From assembly GCA_965217865.1 (NCBI GenBank), contig CBDCJO010000002.1, positions 5,120,001 to 5,184,000 on the forward strand: a stretch of DNA of 64,000 nt. Reading direction: 5' to 3'. How positions within the stretch are numbered: position 1 is the stretch's first letter; each line of letters opens with the position of its first letter. The position numbers and the translations under genes were made by a program. Source of the stretch: Candidatus Latescibacterota bacterium. GTDB lineage: Bacteria; Latescibacterota; UBA2968; SICM01. The notes beneath the pieces were generated by a model that made no database searches, was not told the origin of the DNA, and saw only the letters and a list, made by a program, of their open reading frames with translations. Shown here in pieces: positions 9,874 to 20,526 of the stretch.

Positions 9874-11243
9874 TGGGCTGGAAGAACCTCACGCAGGAAG
9901 TCGAGCGTCAGGTCGGTCACCCGCCGGAAGCCGGGGCTGCCCGCTCTGACCCAGTCGAAGTGGCCCATGTCGGGCACGATCGACAACTGCCGCGGCTCGC
10001 CAGCGCGCGCGAACAAGCTACGCGATTCGTCAGCCGGAACCTGGCGATCGGCATTGCCGTGGATAAACAGCACAGGCCGTGGAGCAATGCGCTCAACCTG
10101 GTCTTCGGGCCGAAACTCGATCAACGCCTCTGCTGTCTCCAGCGACAAATCGCACTTCATCTGAGGGTACTCCTGATAGACACCCTCCAGGAAGCCCCTG
10201 GAGTCGGGATCGGGCACGACGATGTCCAGGGGATCCACACGAGCCGACTCTCCCGTCATCACTCGCTGCGAGCGATCCTGCACGAGCCGCTCCCGGAACT
10301 CCAGCCATTCGGGGTGGGGACGCAGGCTACGTAACCAGCGCTCCCCATCGCCCACGGCCTGGATAGCGACCACTGCGCCGACCCGCCGATCGACTGCCCC
10401 GGTTACGATTGCGTGCGATCCGCCCAGACTCACGCCGAGTACGGCCAAGCGTTCTGGATCGACCTGCGGCTGATTGGCCGCACACGTCAATGCTGCGCGA
10501 ACGTCATTTACTTGCTCCTGCGGGATGAGCCGCCAACGGGGCCCCTCGCTGTCACCGAACCCACGGTAATCAAATATCAAGGCGATGTACCCGGCTGCAT
10601 TCAGCGCCTTAGCGATGTCGGGCAAGGCAAGACCCTTGACGTAGGTGTAGCCCACGCACAGGACCACGGCAGGGCGTTTCTCATCGGGGTTAAGATCCCC
10701 GGGCGTGTATAACAGACCGTCCAGGCGGTGGCCTTCGCTGAAGAAGGTGATCTTTCGAATCGGCCGGATGACCGTCCCCAGGGCTCGCTCTACGTCTTTC
10801 CCGGTGATCGCCATACCCGGACCCGTTCCCTGTATCCCGGCCAGATCCAGGCCGTGCTCTTTGGCTATTCGCCGAGCGGCGGGCATGGCGCGGATGATGC
10901 CAGCCGGCGATGGCGCCGGCTGGGGAAGAGGACCCGACACCGGCGCACCCGCGCTCTCGTCAACAGGCGGTTCAGGCGGTGTGGTTACGTCGGGAAGGGG
11001 TTCGCCCGGCTCAGTGATCAGGGCTATGACCTGGCTGATCGGCACGTGGCTGCCAGCCGGCTGAAGGATCCGGGCCAGAATGCCGGAGGCCGGCGCTTCA
11101 ACCATAGAGACCATTTTCTCCGTCTCAACCTCCGCCAATGGTTCATCTTTTTCGACACGGTCGCCCTCCTGCTTGAGCCACTGGGCGATAAGGCCCTCCT
11201 GCATGCTCAGCCCCCACTTAGGCATAACGACCTCGAATGCCAT
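9870..11243 (-). CDS. acoC: AcoC-like E2 component: lipoyl domain, E3-binding domain and alpha/beta hydrolase
   Basis: MPKWGLSM..VETEK lipoyl domain, AMPAARRIAKEHGLDL..GTGPG, then FDYRGFGDSEG, GVSLGG and GHFD. Confidence 0.75.
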   Translation of the reverse strand: MAFEVVMPKWGLSMQEGLIAQWLKQEGDRVEKDEPLAEVETEKMVSMVEAPASGILARILQPAGSHVPISQVIALITEPGEPLPDVTTPPEPPVDESAGAPVSGPLPQPAPSPAGIIRAMPAARRIAKEHGLDLAGIQGTGPGMAITGKDVERALGTVIRPIRKITFFSEGHRLDGLLYTPGDLNPDEKRPAVVLCVGYTYVKGLALPDIAKALNAAGYIALIFDYRGFGDSEGPRWRLIPQEQVNDVRAALTCAANQPQVDPERLAVLGVSLGGSHAIVTGAVDRRVGAVVAIQAVGDGERWLRSLRPHPEWLEFRERLVQDRSQRVMTGESARVDPLDIVVPDPDSRGFLEGVYQEYPQMKCDLSLETAEALIEFRPEDQVERIAPRPVLFIHGNADRQVPADESRSLFARAGEPRQLSIVPDMGHFDWVRAGSPGFRRVTDLTLDFLREVLPAQ

Positions 11244-11258
11244 ACCATCTCCCTCAGC

Positions 11259-12275
11259 CTATATCATCGCTTCACGGACAGCTGTGACGATGCGCGCGGG
11301 CGAGGGGACGTAGGTGTCCTCCAGTCCCGGGCTGAACGGCACAGGCGTGTGTGGTGCGGTTACCAGTTTGACAGGCGCGTTCAGATATTCTATAGCTTGC
11401 GTGGCCGCAAGGGCGGCGATATCCGTTGCCACACTGCAGCGCGGGTTGTCCTCGTCCACGACGACCAGCCGGCCCGTCTTGCGGATCGAACTCAAAATGG
11501 TGTCGGCATCCAGCGGCACGAGGGTCCGAGGATCGACCACTTCAGCGCTAATGCCATCCTTTGCAAGCTCGTCGGCAGCTTGAAGCGAGAAGTCCACCAT
11601 GCGCGATACGGCGACGATGGTCACGTCCGAACCCTCACGCTTGATGTCCGCCTCGCCCAGAGGAATTACGAATTCCCCCTGGGGCACGGGCCCCTTGGTA
11701 TCGTACAGGAGCTTATGTTCGCAAAAAATGACCGGATCGTCGTCGCGAATTGACGCCAGCAGCAGGCCCTTGGCGTCGGCGGGCGTGGATGGGACGACGA
11801 CCTTCAACCCGGGGATGTGTACAAACATCGAGTAAACCGAGTCCGAGTGCTGCGCAGCGGCCCGGAGTCCGGCACCGATCATGGTTCGGATGACCAGTGG
11901 GATCTTGGCCTTGCCTCCGAACATATAGCGCATCTTGGCGGCCTGGTTGCTGATCTGGTCCAGGCATACCCCCATGAACCCGATGAACATCAGCTCGACC
12001 ACCGGCCGCAGGCCGCTCGCGGCCGCGCCCACGCCGGTTCCTATAAACGCCGACTCCGTGATGGGCGTGTCGCGCACGCGTTCGCGCCCGAACTTGTGGA
12101 TCAAGCCTTTAGTCACGCCGAGTGCGCCCCCCCACGTGTCGAGATGTGCCGGGTCATCGCTCTGAGGGGCACCTGAGATATCCTCGCCCATGACCACCAC
12201 CGTCGAATCGCGACCCATCTCCAGGTGCAAGGCCTCATTAAGGGCCTCACGATAGCTCAACGACCTTTCAGCCAT
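11259..12275 (-). CDS. acoB: Acetoin dehydrogenase-type E1 beta subunit
   Basis: DTPITESAFIG, NQAAKMRYMFGG, AAQHS, PVPFSP. Confidence 0.92.
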   Translation of the reverse strand: MAERSLSYREALNEALHLEMGRDSTVVVMGEDISGAPQSDDPAHLDTWGGALGVTKGLIHKFGRERVRDTPITESAFIGTGVGAAASGLRPVVELMFIGFMGVCLDQISNQAAKMRYMFGGKAKIPLVIRTMIGAGLRAAAQHSDSVYSMFVHIPGLKVVVPSTPADAKGLLLASIRDDDPVIFCEHKLLYDTKGPVPQGEFVIPLGEADIKREGSDVTIVAVSRMVDFSLQAADELAKDGISAEVVDPRTLVPLDADTILSSIRKTGRLVVVDEDNPRCSVATDIAALAATQAIEYLNAPVKLVTAPHTPVPFSPGLEDTYVPSPARIVTAVREAMI

Positions 12276-12279
12276 CGGG

Positions 12280-13296
12280 TTACCTCCTTATCTGGACCGC
12301 TGGCGTCTGGAACGGCCACAGCTCGGATTCAGGGAAGCCGACATAAACATCGGTCAGGGTTTCCGCCGGGTCGGGCTGGGGGCTCTCTTGGGCAAAACGG
12401 CAAGCCTCTTCTATGGCGTCCTTCGTCTCGAGGTCGATGGCATCCAGCTCGCTCTGGCTCAGTAGGCCCTGCTGCAGCACGGTTTTGCGGAAGAGATGGA
12501 TACAGTCCCTGGAGAGAAGGAATTCCTCTTCTTTTTCGGGCCGGTAGAGATCGGTATCGCCTTCGAAGTGACCATATTTGCGGTACGTCTGGGCCTCGAT
12601 GAAAGCCGGGCCTTCGCCACCCCGCGCGCGATCCACAGCCGCCCGCGTAGCTTCGTACACGGCGAACACATCCTGACCATCAAGGGCCATACCGGGCATG
12701 CCAAAACCACCCGCCCGCGCAGCGATATCGTTGCCTGATACAGAGTAAGCGGCGGCGGTCGTCTGGGCATACCGGTTGTTCTCGCAAACGAAGATGACGG
12801 GTAACTTCCAGACGCCGGCCAGGTTCATCGCCTCCAGGGTAGTACCCTGGTTGGAGGCACCGTCGCCGAAGAAGCAAACTGTCACCTGGTCTGTGCTTTT
12901 CACCTTGGCCGTAAGACCGGAACCACAGGCCAGAGGCGGCCCGCCACCGACGATACCGTTGGCGCCGAGCATCCCTTTCGACATATCGGCGATGTGCATT
13001 GAGCCGCCCTTACCTTTGCAGGCGCCGGTGGCCTTACCACAGATCTCAGCCACCATCAACTTGACATCTACGCCTTTGGCAATGCAATGGCCGTGGCCCC
13101 GGTGGGTGCTGGTGATGAAGTCATCATCCGTGAGATTAGCGCACACCCCCACTGCGACAGCTTCTTCACCGGCGTACAGGTGGACGAATCCGGGAATCTT
13201 TCCTGCAGCGAAATCCACATGAATGCGTTCCTCGAACTCCCGGATTAAACGCATGCGCTCGTACATCCAGAGTAGCTTGTCTTTCCCGATTTCCAT
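12280..13296 (-). CDS. acoA: Acetoin dehydrogenase-type E1 alpha subunit (C-terminal part of the 1442-aa ORF)
   Basis: GFVHLYAGEEA, STHRGHGH, GKGGSMH, TPP motif GDGASNQG..ENN; own GGAGGG RBS before ATG 13296. Confidence 0.92.
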   Translation of the reverse strand: MEIGKDKLLWMYERMRLIREFEERIHVDFAAGKIPGFVHLYAGEEAVAVGVCANLTDDDFITSTHRGHGHCIAKGVDVKLMVAEICGKATGACKGKGGSMHIADMSKGMLGANGIVGGGPPLACGSGLTAKVKSTDQVTVCFFGDGASNQGTTLEAMNLAGVWKLPVIFVCENNRYAQTTAAAYSVSGNDIAARAGGFGMPGMALDGQDVFAVYEATRAAVDRARGGEGPAFIEAQTYRKYGHFEGDTDLYRPEKEEEFLLSRDCIHLFRKTVLQQGLLSQSELDAIDLETKDAIEEACRFAQESPQPDPAETLTDVYVGFPESELWPFQTPAVQIRR

Positions 13297-16200
13297 TCGC
13301 AATCCCTCCCTGTGTCTATTTAACTTGACAAAAGTCGAGAAATCATTTAGGATTGTTTCGTTGAGTGCCTTTCTCCTTGCCCGTATTTCTTGACCCCTTT
13401 TCCACCTGGTGAGATCCCGGATGGCGGTGACCCTGACGGTCCGTCCCCGGTAGGGGACAGCCCTTCCTGTAACCTCGATGGGAAAAGTAGATCCGTCCTT
13501 TCTCAGGCCGACGACCTCATAGGGCCTTTTAGATCCGGATTGAATATTCTTGTAGATTGTTTCGTGGAATTCCGCGGGCGTAAGGTCCGCGGCCGTCTTC
13601 CCGATCATCTCCGAAGGCTCGTAACCAAACATCGATGCCAGCGATTGATTTGCATCCAGGATTTTACCCTCTTCGTGGAGGACGATACCCTCGAAGGCGG
13701 CCTCGGAGAGCCCTCGAAACCGCGCCTCGCTCTCTCGCATTGCCCGGCCCCTCCGGACGGCACGGGAACCCTGCCACACGATCAGCATCCCGGCGAGACA
13801 AAGCGCCAGGACCCCGAAGATCCGGTCATACGGCAGACGCACCTGGAGCGTTACAGTCGCGGGCTGTTCCGAGGGGACCAGGTCCCGGTCCACGGCCATG
13901 ACCTCGAACGTGTAGCTCCCTCTCGGAAGGTCCTGGTACTCCACCCTCCGGGTGTTTGTCGAGATCCAGCCCTCATCGTAGCCTTTCAGACGATATCGGA
14001 AGACCATCGCTTCCGCCCGTGTCTTGAAGCTCATTCCCGAAAATTCAAATGCGACAAGGTCCACAGTCGACGGGATCTCGATACCGGACACGGCCTCATA
14101 TCGTTTATCTGCAACCACGGCTTCGATGGAAACCCCCGGAGGAAACTTCGGGGGTTCACGATAGCGCGTGACACCCCTGACGGTTCCGATCCAGAGATCG
14201 CCCTCCCGGTCCTGGGTGATCGACGTGACCTGATTGCCGGCCAAACCATCCCGGTGGTCAATCGTCTGAAAGTTGACCCCATCGTATCGCGTTACGCCGC
14301 CGCCATAAGTGCCGAACAATAGATGGCCCCGTCGGTCCTGATAGATTGCCCGCACCACATTTTCGCCCAGGCCATCATCTTTTGTGATGGTCGTAAATCC
14401 TTTGCCGTCGAATCGACTCACGCCCCCACCCTCCGTGCCGAACCAGAGGATCCCCGCGCGATCTTCGAACATCGAAAAGACCACGTTGTGCGCCAATCCG
14501 TCTTCTGTGGTAAATGTCGTGAATCCCGGAGATTCCGGGCTTGGAGAGGGATCGAACCGGCTCACCCCGTCTCCCTGGGTGGCAAACCAGAGATATCCCT
14601 TCCGGTCCTGAAGAATGGACCACACTTTATAAGCAAGCCCATCCTGAATGTCGTATGTGGTCCACACCGGTCCGGATTTTCCTGAAGGATCGTATCGGCT
14701 CACCCCACCGCCAAAGGTCCCGAACCAGTATACGCCATCCCGATCCTGAAAAATGGACCATACCTCATCGTGGGCCAGGCCGTCTCCGGTTGAAAATGTC
14801 GTCCATGTCCGGCCATCATAGCGGGACACCCCTCCGCCCTTGGTCCCAAACCAGATGTGGCCCTCTCTATCCTGAAATACGGTGCGTACCTGAAGATTTC
14901 CGAGGCCGTCTTCCGGCGTGTAAGTCGCAAAGGTTCCATCACGATGATACCGGGTCGCCCCACCGTATGTGCCGAACCAGAGATCCCCGTGCCCATCTTC
15001 CAGGACCGAGAGCACCACATCGTGTCCGATCCCTTCCTCTGAGGTGAAAGAAATGAGGCTCTGGTCATAGCGGCTCACACCTCCGCCGGTACCGAACCAG
15101 AGATCCCCTTCTCGATCCTGAAATATCGACCCCACCCAGTTGCCCGCCAACCCGTCATCAGTGGTGATGGTTGTAAATCGTTTGAGACGGGGGTCAGCAG
15201 GCTTCTGTCCAGAGCTTATGGAGGGATCATACTTGCTCACACCTCCGCCCTGGCTTCCAAACCAGATATAGCCATCCCTATCCTGAAATATCGTGGATAC
15301 GCTATTGCTTCCAAGACCTTCTCGAGTTGTGAAGGTGATAAAGCGGTAGAAATTGTCGCTGCCGGTGGTTGAAGCCCCAACCTTCATCCTGTTCATGGGC
15401 TTTGATCCCAGGCCATACCGGGTTATCCCGCCATCTACGGTCCCAATCCAGAAATATCCTTCCCGATCCTGAAATACCGCCTGAACCAGATTGGCACCAA
15501 GGCCATCCTGGGTGGTGAATGTTGTCCAGGCTCTTTCAGCTCTTGCCAATGGATCATAAAGGCTCATCCCTGTCCCGGTAGCGAACCAGAAATGGCCCGC
15601 TCGATCCTGAACCATCGAAGTAACCTCCTCCCCGGCAAGACCATCCTGTGTACTAAACGTGATCCAGGCCTGTCCATCGAAACGGCTCACACCAGAGGTT
15701 GTCCCCACCCATAAAAGTCCGGATTGATCCAGGAACCAGGTCAAGGCGAGAATACCCTCCGGTTCGTCTTTAAAGTTGAAGACACTGGTGCGAAAAGTAT
15801 TTCCGCCTATTTTGAAGTCCATTGCGGGATGGGGTTCTGAAACTCCAACCCTTTTGTCCGATGGGGAGGGATCGAACCGGTTGAAACCGATTTCACTGCC
15901 CAACCATAGATTTCCCCCCGCATCTTGAAGAATCGTGCGGACTCTATTGGACAGCAGGCCGTTTTTCGTGGTGTAATTTGTCCAACGGAGCCCATCATAC
16001 CTGCTCAGACCATTTGACGTGCCAAACCAGATGTGTCCCTCTCGATCCTGTACAATCCCGTTCACGTTCACATTTACAAGCCCATCTGTCACATCGTAGG
16101 TGCGCCATTGACCTCTTCCGTGTTCAGCTGATATGGATTTTCCCGGACCAGAAGACACGATTTTCCCAGGCCCCGCAGGAGCGGTATATATACGGAATTC

Positions 16201-16608
16201 GTGTTGTATAAGGCCGGTTGGGAACGCAATTCCAAAGGCCGCACCCAGGCCGCGAAGGGCGGTGACCCATTCCGAATCGTTCTGTAAGGCTCTGTTTTTC
16301 TCCGCGATCTCGGATGGCGCGCTCACCTCAAACAGGCGGCTGAAGATGCCGTCGGGCCCGGGTCTCGGACGTTGAGTGGATTCCTTCAAGCCGTGTTTCG
16401 ACAAGATAGGCACGAGCTTCTCCGCATAGGAGGTCTCGAACTCTGCAATTCGATCGGGAGGGACCCAGAAAGAGAGGCGTGAAAGGGTGGGGGAGGGAGG
16501 GGAGGTGCGCGAAGCGGAGATACGATCGGAGGACCAGCCGTCGGAGAAGAAGAGGGAAATGCAAAATAAAAAGTGAAAAGTGAAAATTGTAAATTTGAGA
16601 AAAGTCAA
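13297..16608 (-). CDS. Membrane sensor: signal peptide, Reg_prop beta-propellers, Y_Y_Y domain, TM and PAS; no kinase domain, reads in frame into acoA
   Basis: Many DGL..V.SI.QDREG.LWFGT.GGVSRYD repeats; FRYRLKGYD..YTFEV; TM IFGVLALCLAGMLIVW; PAS RKDGSTFPIEV..RDLT. Confidence 0.85.
13325..13353 (+). promoter_or_regulatory. Sigma70-like promoter pointing antisense to the sensor gene
   Basis: TTGACA-N17-TAGGAT. Confidence 0.5.
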
Positions 16609-16657
16609 AATTGAGAACCCTCTGGTTTATTAATACTGATCAGTTTCCATCTGGGTT

Positions 16658-17915
16658 TCACATCTCCCGTTTCCTGACCATTTCGTGGCCTTCAAATAGG
16701 TCGTAGGCGATCGCTCCCTGGCTCTGCGCAGGAGGGGATGTGCCCAGAATGTGACAGAAGGTGGGTACGACGTCGGCTGCGTGGATGTATCCGAGTATAT
16801 TCACCGGCCGCTCGTAGATTCAAATAGTCGTAAAGATGCCAGTGACATATGAAGAAAGCGCATCCCTTCTCGTTGAGCATATAGTTCGCGACGTCAGCGA
16901 ACCAGAGGCCCTGGTACTCGCACTCCTCCAGGGCCGTGTTGAAGTCGGCCATGCGGGATGTGTAAGGGATCATGGAGGCGTGCTCCTGGTAAGGGCCGAA
17001 CCGTTCGATCAGCTCTTCGGCAAGGTCTTCCGGAACTGTAAATCCGTCCGCATAGGTGACCTGTGTGCGATAGAGTTTCATCTTTTCGCCGTCGGGAGAC
17101 AATTCAAGGAGCTTAAACCGAACCGAGGCGCGCTGGTCCTGTCCGTCGATCCGGAAGGACTCGATGGCCCAGTCGCTCCACTGACCCAATCCCGCATCCG
17201 CGATCCGGGTGGCACCATCCCTGCTGCGGCAGATGACGATCCTGTCGTAGCCCCCTCCATCACTGTCGAGCGCGAGGAGGTGAAGGCGGTTGACATCGCC
17301 TCCGAGGCGGGCGTGGATTTCGATATGCGTATCGAGAGGGGGGGCGTGACTCGAAGGCAGATTGGACCACCCTTCGGCGAGTCGTAGGGGGGGGATCTGA
17401 TCGATGCTGCGCCGCTCCGTGCGGACGGCCGTGCCGTCGTGCTCCATTTCGACGGCCACCTCCTCGCCCGAGGTGGTGTAGGCCTGACACATGGCCACCT
17501 CATAGTCGGTTTTGGAATGGCTTGGGTGACCGAAGCCGTCCACGACATAGCCCGATTGGACCCCTGAGGGATGGGCGGCCGGATAGTGGACCGCAACGCC
17601 TTTGAGCCCGGCCCGCTCCACGGCGTTCCAGATGCGCTCTGCATTCGGGGCGTGACCGTCGAAACTGTCGATCCGGTTTCCCGGGGAGGTCTCCACGTGC
17701 CACCGGGTGACGCCGTGGGTGCCGGTGTGGGCTCCGGTCGAGAGGGTCGCCCAGTTCGTGGGGGTCCAGACGGGAAAGGAGGGGAGGGTTTGATTCACGG
17801 TTCCCTCCTTCAACATCCGTTCGAAATTGGGCAGACAGCCTTCGGCAGCGAACTTTTTCACCATCGGGGTGATGAGGCCGTCCATTCCAAAGGCGTAGAT
17901 GTTTTTTTGAGACAT
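16658..17915 (-). pseudogene. Alkaline-phosphatase-superfamily phosphodiesterase with an internal deletion and frameshift near 16820
   Basis: FGMDG and PVWTPTNWATLSTGA; after HLYDYLN the C-terminus YERP..GYIHAADVVPTFCHILG..QSQG..* is in another frame, ending at 16658. Confidence 0.8.
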
Positions 17916-17977
17916 TAGAGCTCCTTGAAAGCAGAGGATCGTCGTGAAATAAATTGAAGATTGAAGATTGAATATTT

Positions 17978-19066
17978 AGGATCTTCCTGGTTCTTGATGG
18001 AAAACGAGGTTTTGTGAGGCGACATATCAGCGGGCCAACGGTCCGCGATCCGGATTAACCCACACATATTGTTCATCGTAGGACTAGATGAATCAGGATG
18101 CGGTCAGGGATTGGGGGATGTGAAATTATCGCGGCCCTTCAGGCCGCACAACGATATGGCTTTCCAAGGACCCAGGGCGCTGCCCTGGGTTGAGGGATAA
18201 CGCGCCGTTGGCGCTGAAAGAAGATCCTGACTTTAATCTCGGCTTTTCGATATGGAGATCTTCCTTGTTTTTTGTGCAACCGAAGTTCTGTAAGGCGACG
18301 CATCAGCGGGCCAACGGCCCGTGATTCCTTGGCCCAGCCCAACGGGCTGGGTTTGAATGTGAGCGAATCCAGCGGGCCAACGGTCCGCGATCCGGATTAA
18401 CCCACACATATTGTTCATCGTAGGGCTAGATGAATCAGGTTGGGGGATGTGAAATTATCGCGGCCCTTCAGGCCGCACGACGATATTGCTTTCCAAGGGA
18501 CCCAGGGCGGCTCGCCTGGGTTGAGGGATAACGCGCCGTTGGCGCTGAAAGAAGATCCTGACTTTAATCTCGGCTTTTCGATATGGAGATCTTCCTGGTT
18601 TTTTGTGCAACCGAAGTTCTGTAAGGCGACGCATCAGCGGGCCAACGGCCCGTGATTCCTTTGCCCAGTCCAACGGGCTGAGATTGAATGTGAGCGAATC
18701 CAGCGGGCCAACGGTCCGCGATCCGGATTAACCCACACATATTGTTCATCGTAGGGCTAGATGAATCAGGTTGGGGGATGTGAAATTATCGCGGCCCTTC
18801 AGGCCGCACGACGATATGGCTTTCCAAGGACCCAGGGCGCTGCCCTGGGTTGAGGGATAACGCGCCGTTGGCGCTGAAAGAAGATCCTGACTTTAATCTC
18901 GGCTTTTCGATATGGAGATCTTCCTTGTTTTTGTGCAACCGAAGTTCTGTAAGGCGACGCATCAGCGGGCCAACGGCCCGTGATTCCTTGGCCCAGCCCA
19001 ACGGGCTGGGTTTGAATGTGAGCGAATCCAGCGGGCCAACGGTCCGCGATCCGGATTAACCCACAC
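17978..19066. repeat. Tandem array of ~330-bp units built from REP-like hairpin modules
   Basis: TTGGGGGATG anchors at 18111, 18440 and 18771 (spacings 329 and 331); diverged partial copy from about 17978. Confidence 0.95.
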
Positions 19067-19225
19067 ACAGAAGCCCCTGAATTTTGTCTCGCCTTCTCGA
19101 TTTAGCTCGAAGGCCCGGTGTCAATCGCGAAGACAGGGTCCACTATATTCCACGGAAAGCCATATTTAAGATTGGAAGCGCATGAGAGGCAGGTAAACGC
19201 AAATCGGAAAGCGAAAACCGGAATA

Positions 19226-20466
19226 TCAAGATGAACTGTCTCGCTTGGTTGCTTGACGCTCGTAAACCAGTCTGCCTGACTTAAAGACCGATACTGGCTC
19301 CCTTAAGGCGTTTAGATCTTCAAGGGGATTTTCCTTCAATAAGGTGAGATCCGCACGATACCCCGGTTTGACCTCTCCCAGCTCAGACAGGCTCATGTAC
19401 TCTGCTCCAAGGCTGGTCAAGGTTCTCAAGGCCTCCTCGTTGGAAAGGCCGGCCCTGGTGTAAGCAAGGATCTCGTCCACGAGGGAGTCGAAGGGTGTGT
19501 CGGTCGCCCCGCAATCTGTTCCTCCTATGATCTTCATCCCGAGCCTATAGAAGTGTCCGGTGTTCGTAAGACGCCCCTCCAGCCGATCGACTGCCGCCAA
19601 ATCATTCGGATTGTGAGACGCGCCTGATTTGCGATACCGCGCAGCGGTTTGAAGCCCGCTGTAAGCGGTGGGGCTGACGACGATTCCGCGATCCCGAATG
19701 CGCAGGCTGATATCTTCGTCATAACGATACCGGCCGGGAGGCTCCACAAAATTGACGTGCTCGATCATGTCCAGGCCGGCTTCGATCGCTCGCTCGATGC
19801 TCTCCGTTGCGTGACAGTGGGCGGTGATCTGCACGCTGTTCGCGTGGGCGACCTCTGTGGCCGTTTTCATCAGTTCCAGGGGGAGGTCCGCTTCGTAGGG
19901 GATTGTTCCGGGTGTCAGCCCACCCCCCGAAGCCATCAGCTTCACGAACCCGGCGCCCTGTTCCAGGTGCCCTTCGCTCAGACGGCGGACCTCTTCTACT
20001 GTGCTGACCTCACCGCCCATAAAGTGAAGGTGACCCTTGGGACGCATGAGGGCGTGGCCGCAGCTGATGATGTGGGGGGCGGCCCCAGGACTTCCCCCCG
20101 TTCCACCTGGCGTTGAAAGGGAAACATCAGGCGAGCGGGTGCGGCGCAGTCCCGCATCGTGGTGATCCCGGCCTGGATCGCGATGCGGGCGTTATTCTTC
20201 GCGCATTCCATTTTCGCCCCGTCGTCGCTCTCGATGTAGCTGGTCCTGGGCGCGCCGCTTGCGTCCAGAAAGAAATGCGCGTGGCAGTCGATCAGGCCCG
20301 GGCAGATGTAGAGTCCCGCGGCGTCGATCGTTTGGCCGGAGCGTCCCGGTTGGGATTCTGTTACCGAGTCGATTCGGTCGCCCTTTAAAACCACGTCGCG
20401 GTTCTGGTGGATAAGGCCACGGGCAACGTCTACCACGTTGGCGTTGTGGATATGGAGAGGGTTCAT
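19226..20466 (-). pseudogene. Amidohydrolase-family metalloenzyme frameshifted at a C6 run (20074-20079)
   Basis: PGLIDCHAH in the upstream frame; HIISCGHAL..VKLMASGG, AHCH, IEH and GTDCG in the downstream frame. Confidence 0.85.
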
Positions 20467-20526
20467 AAGGGAAAATGAAAAGTGCAAAGTACAAAGTGAA
20501 AAGTGTAAAATGAAATCAAGGTAGTA

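Noticed and set aside
17978-19066. CRISPR array
   Set aside because: Units are ~330 bp and repeated in full, with no unique spacers and no cas genes
18139-19068. Repeated 61-89 aa ORFs in the tandem array
   Set aside because: They run through GC hairpins, change frame between copies and have no recognisable motif
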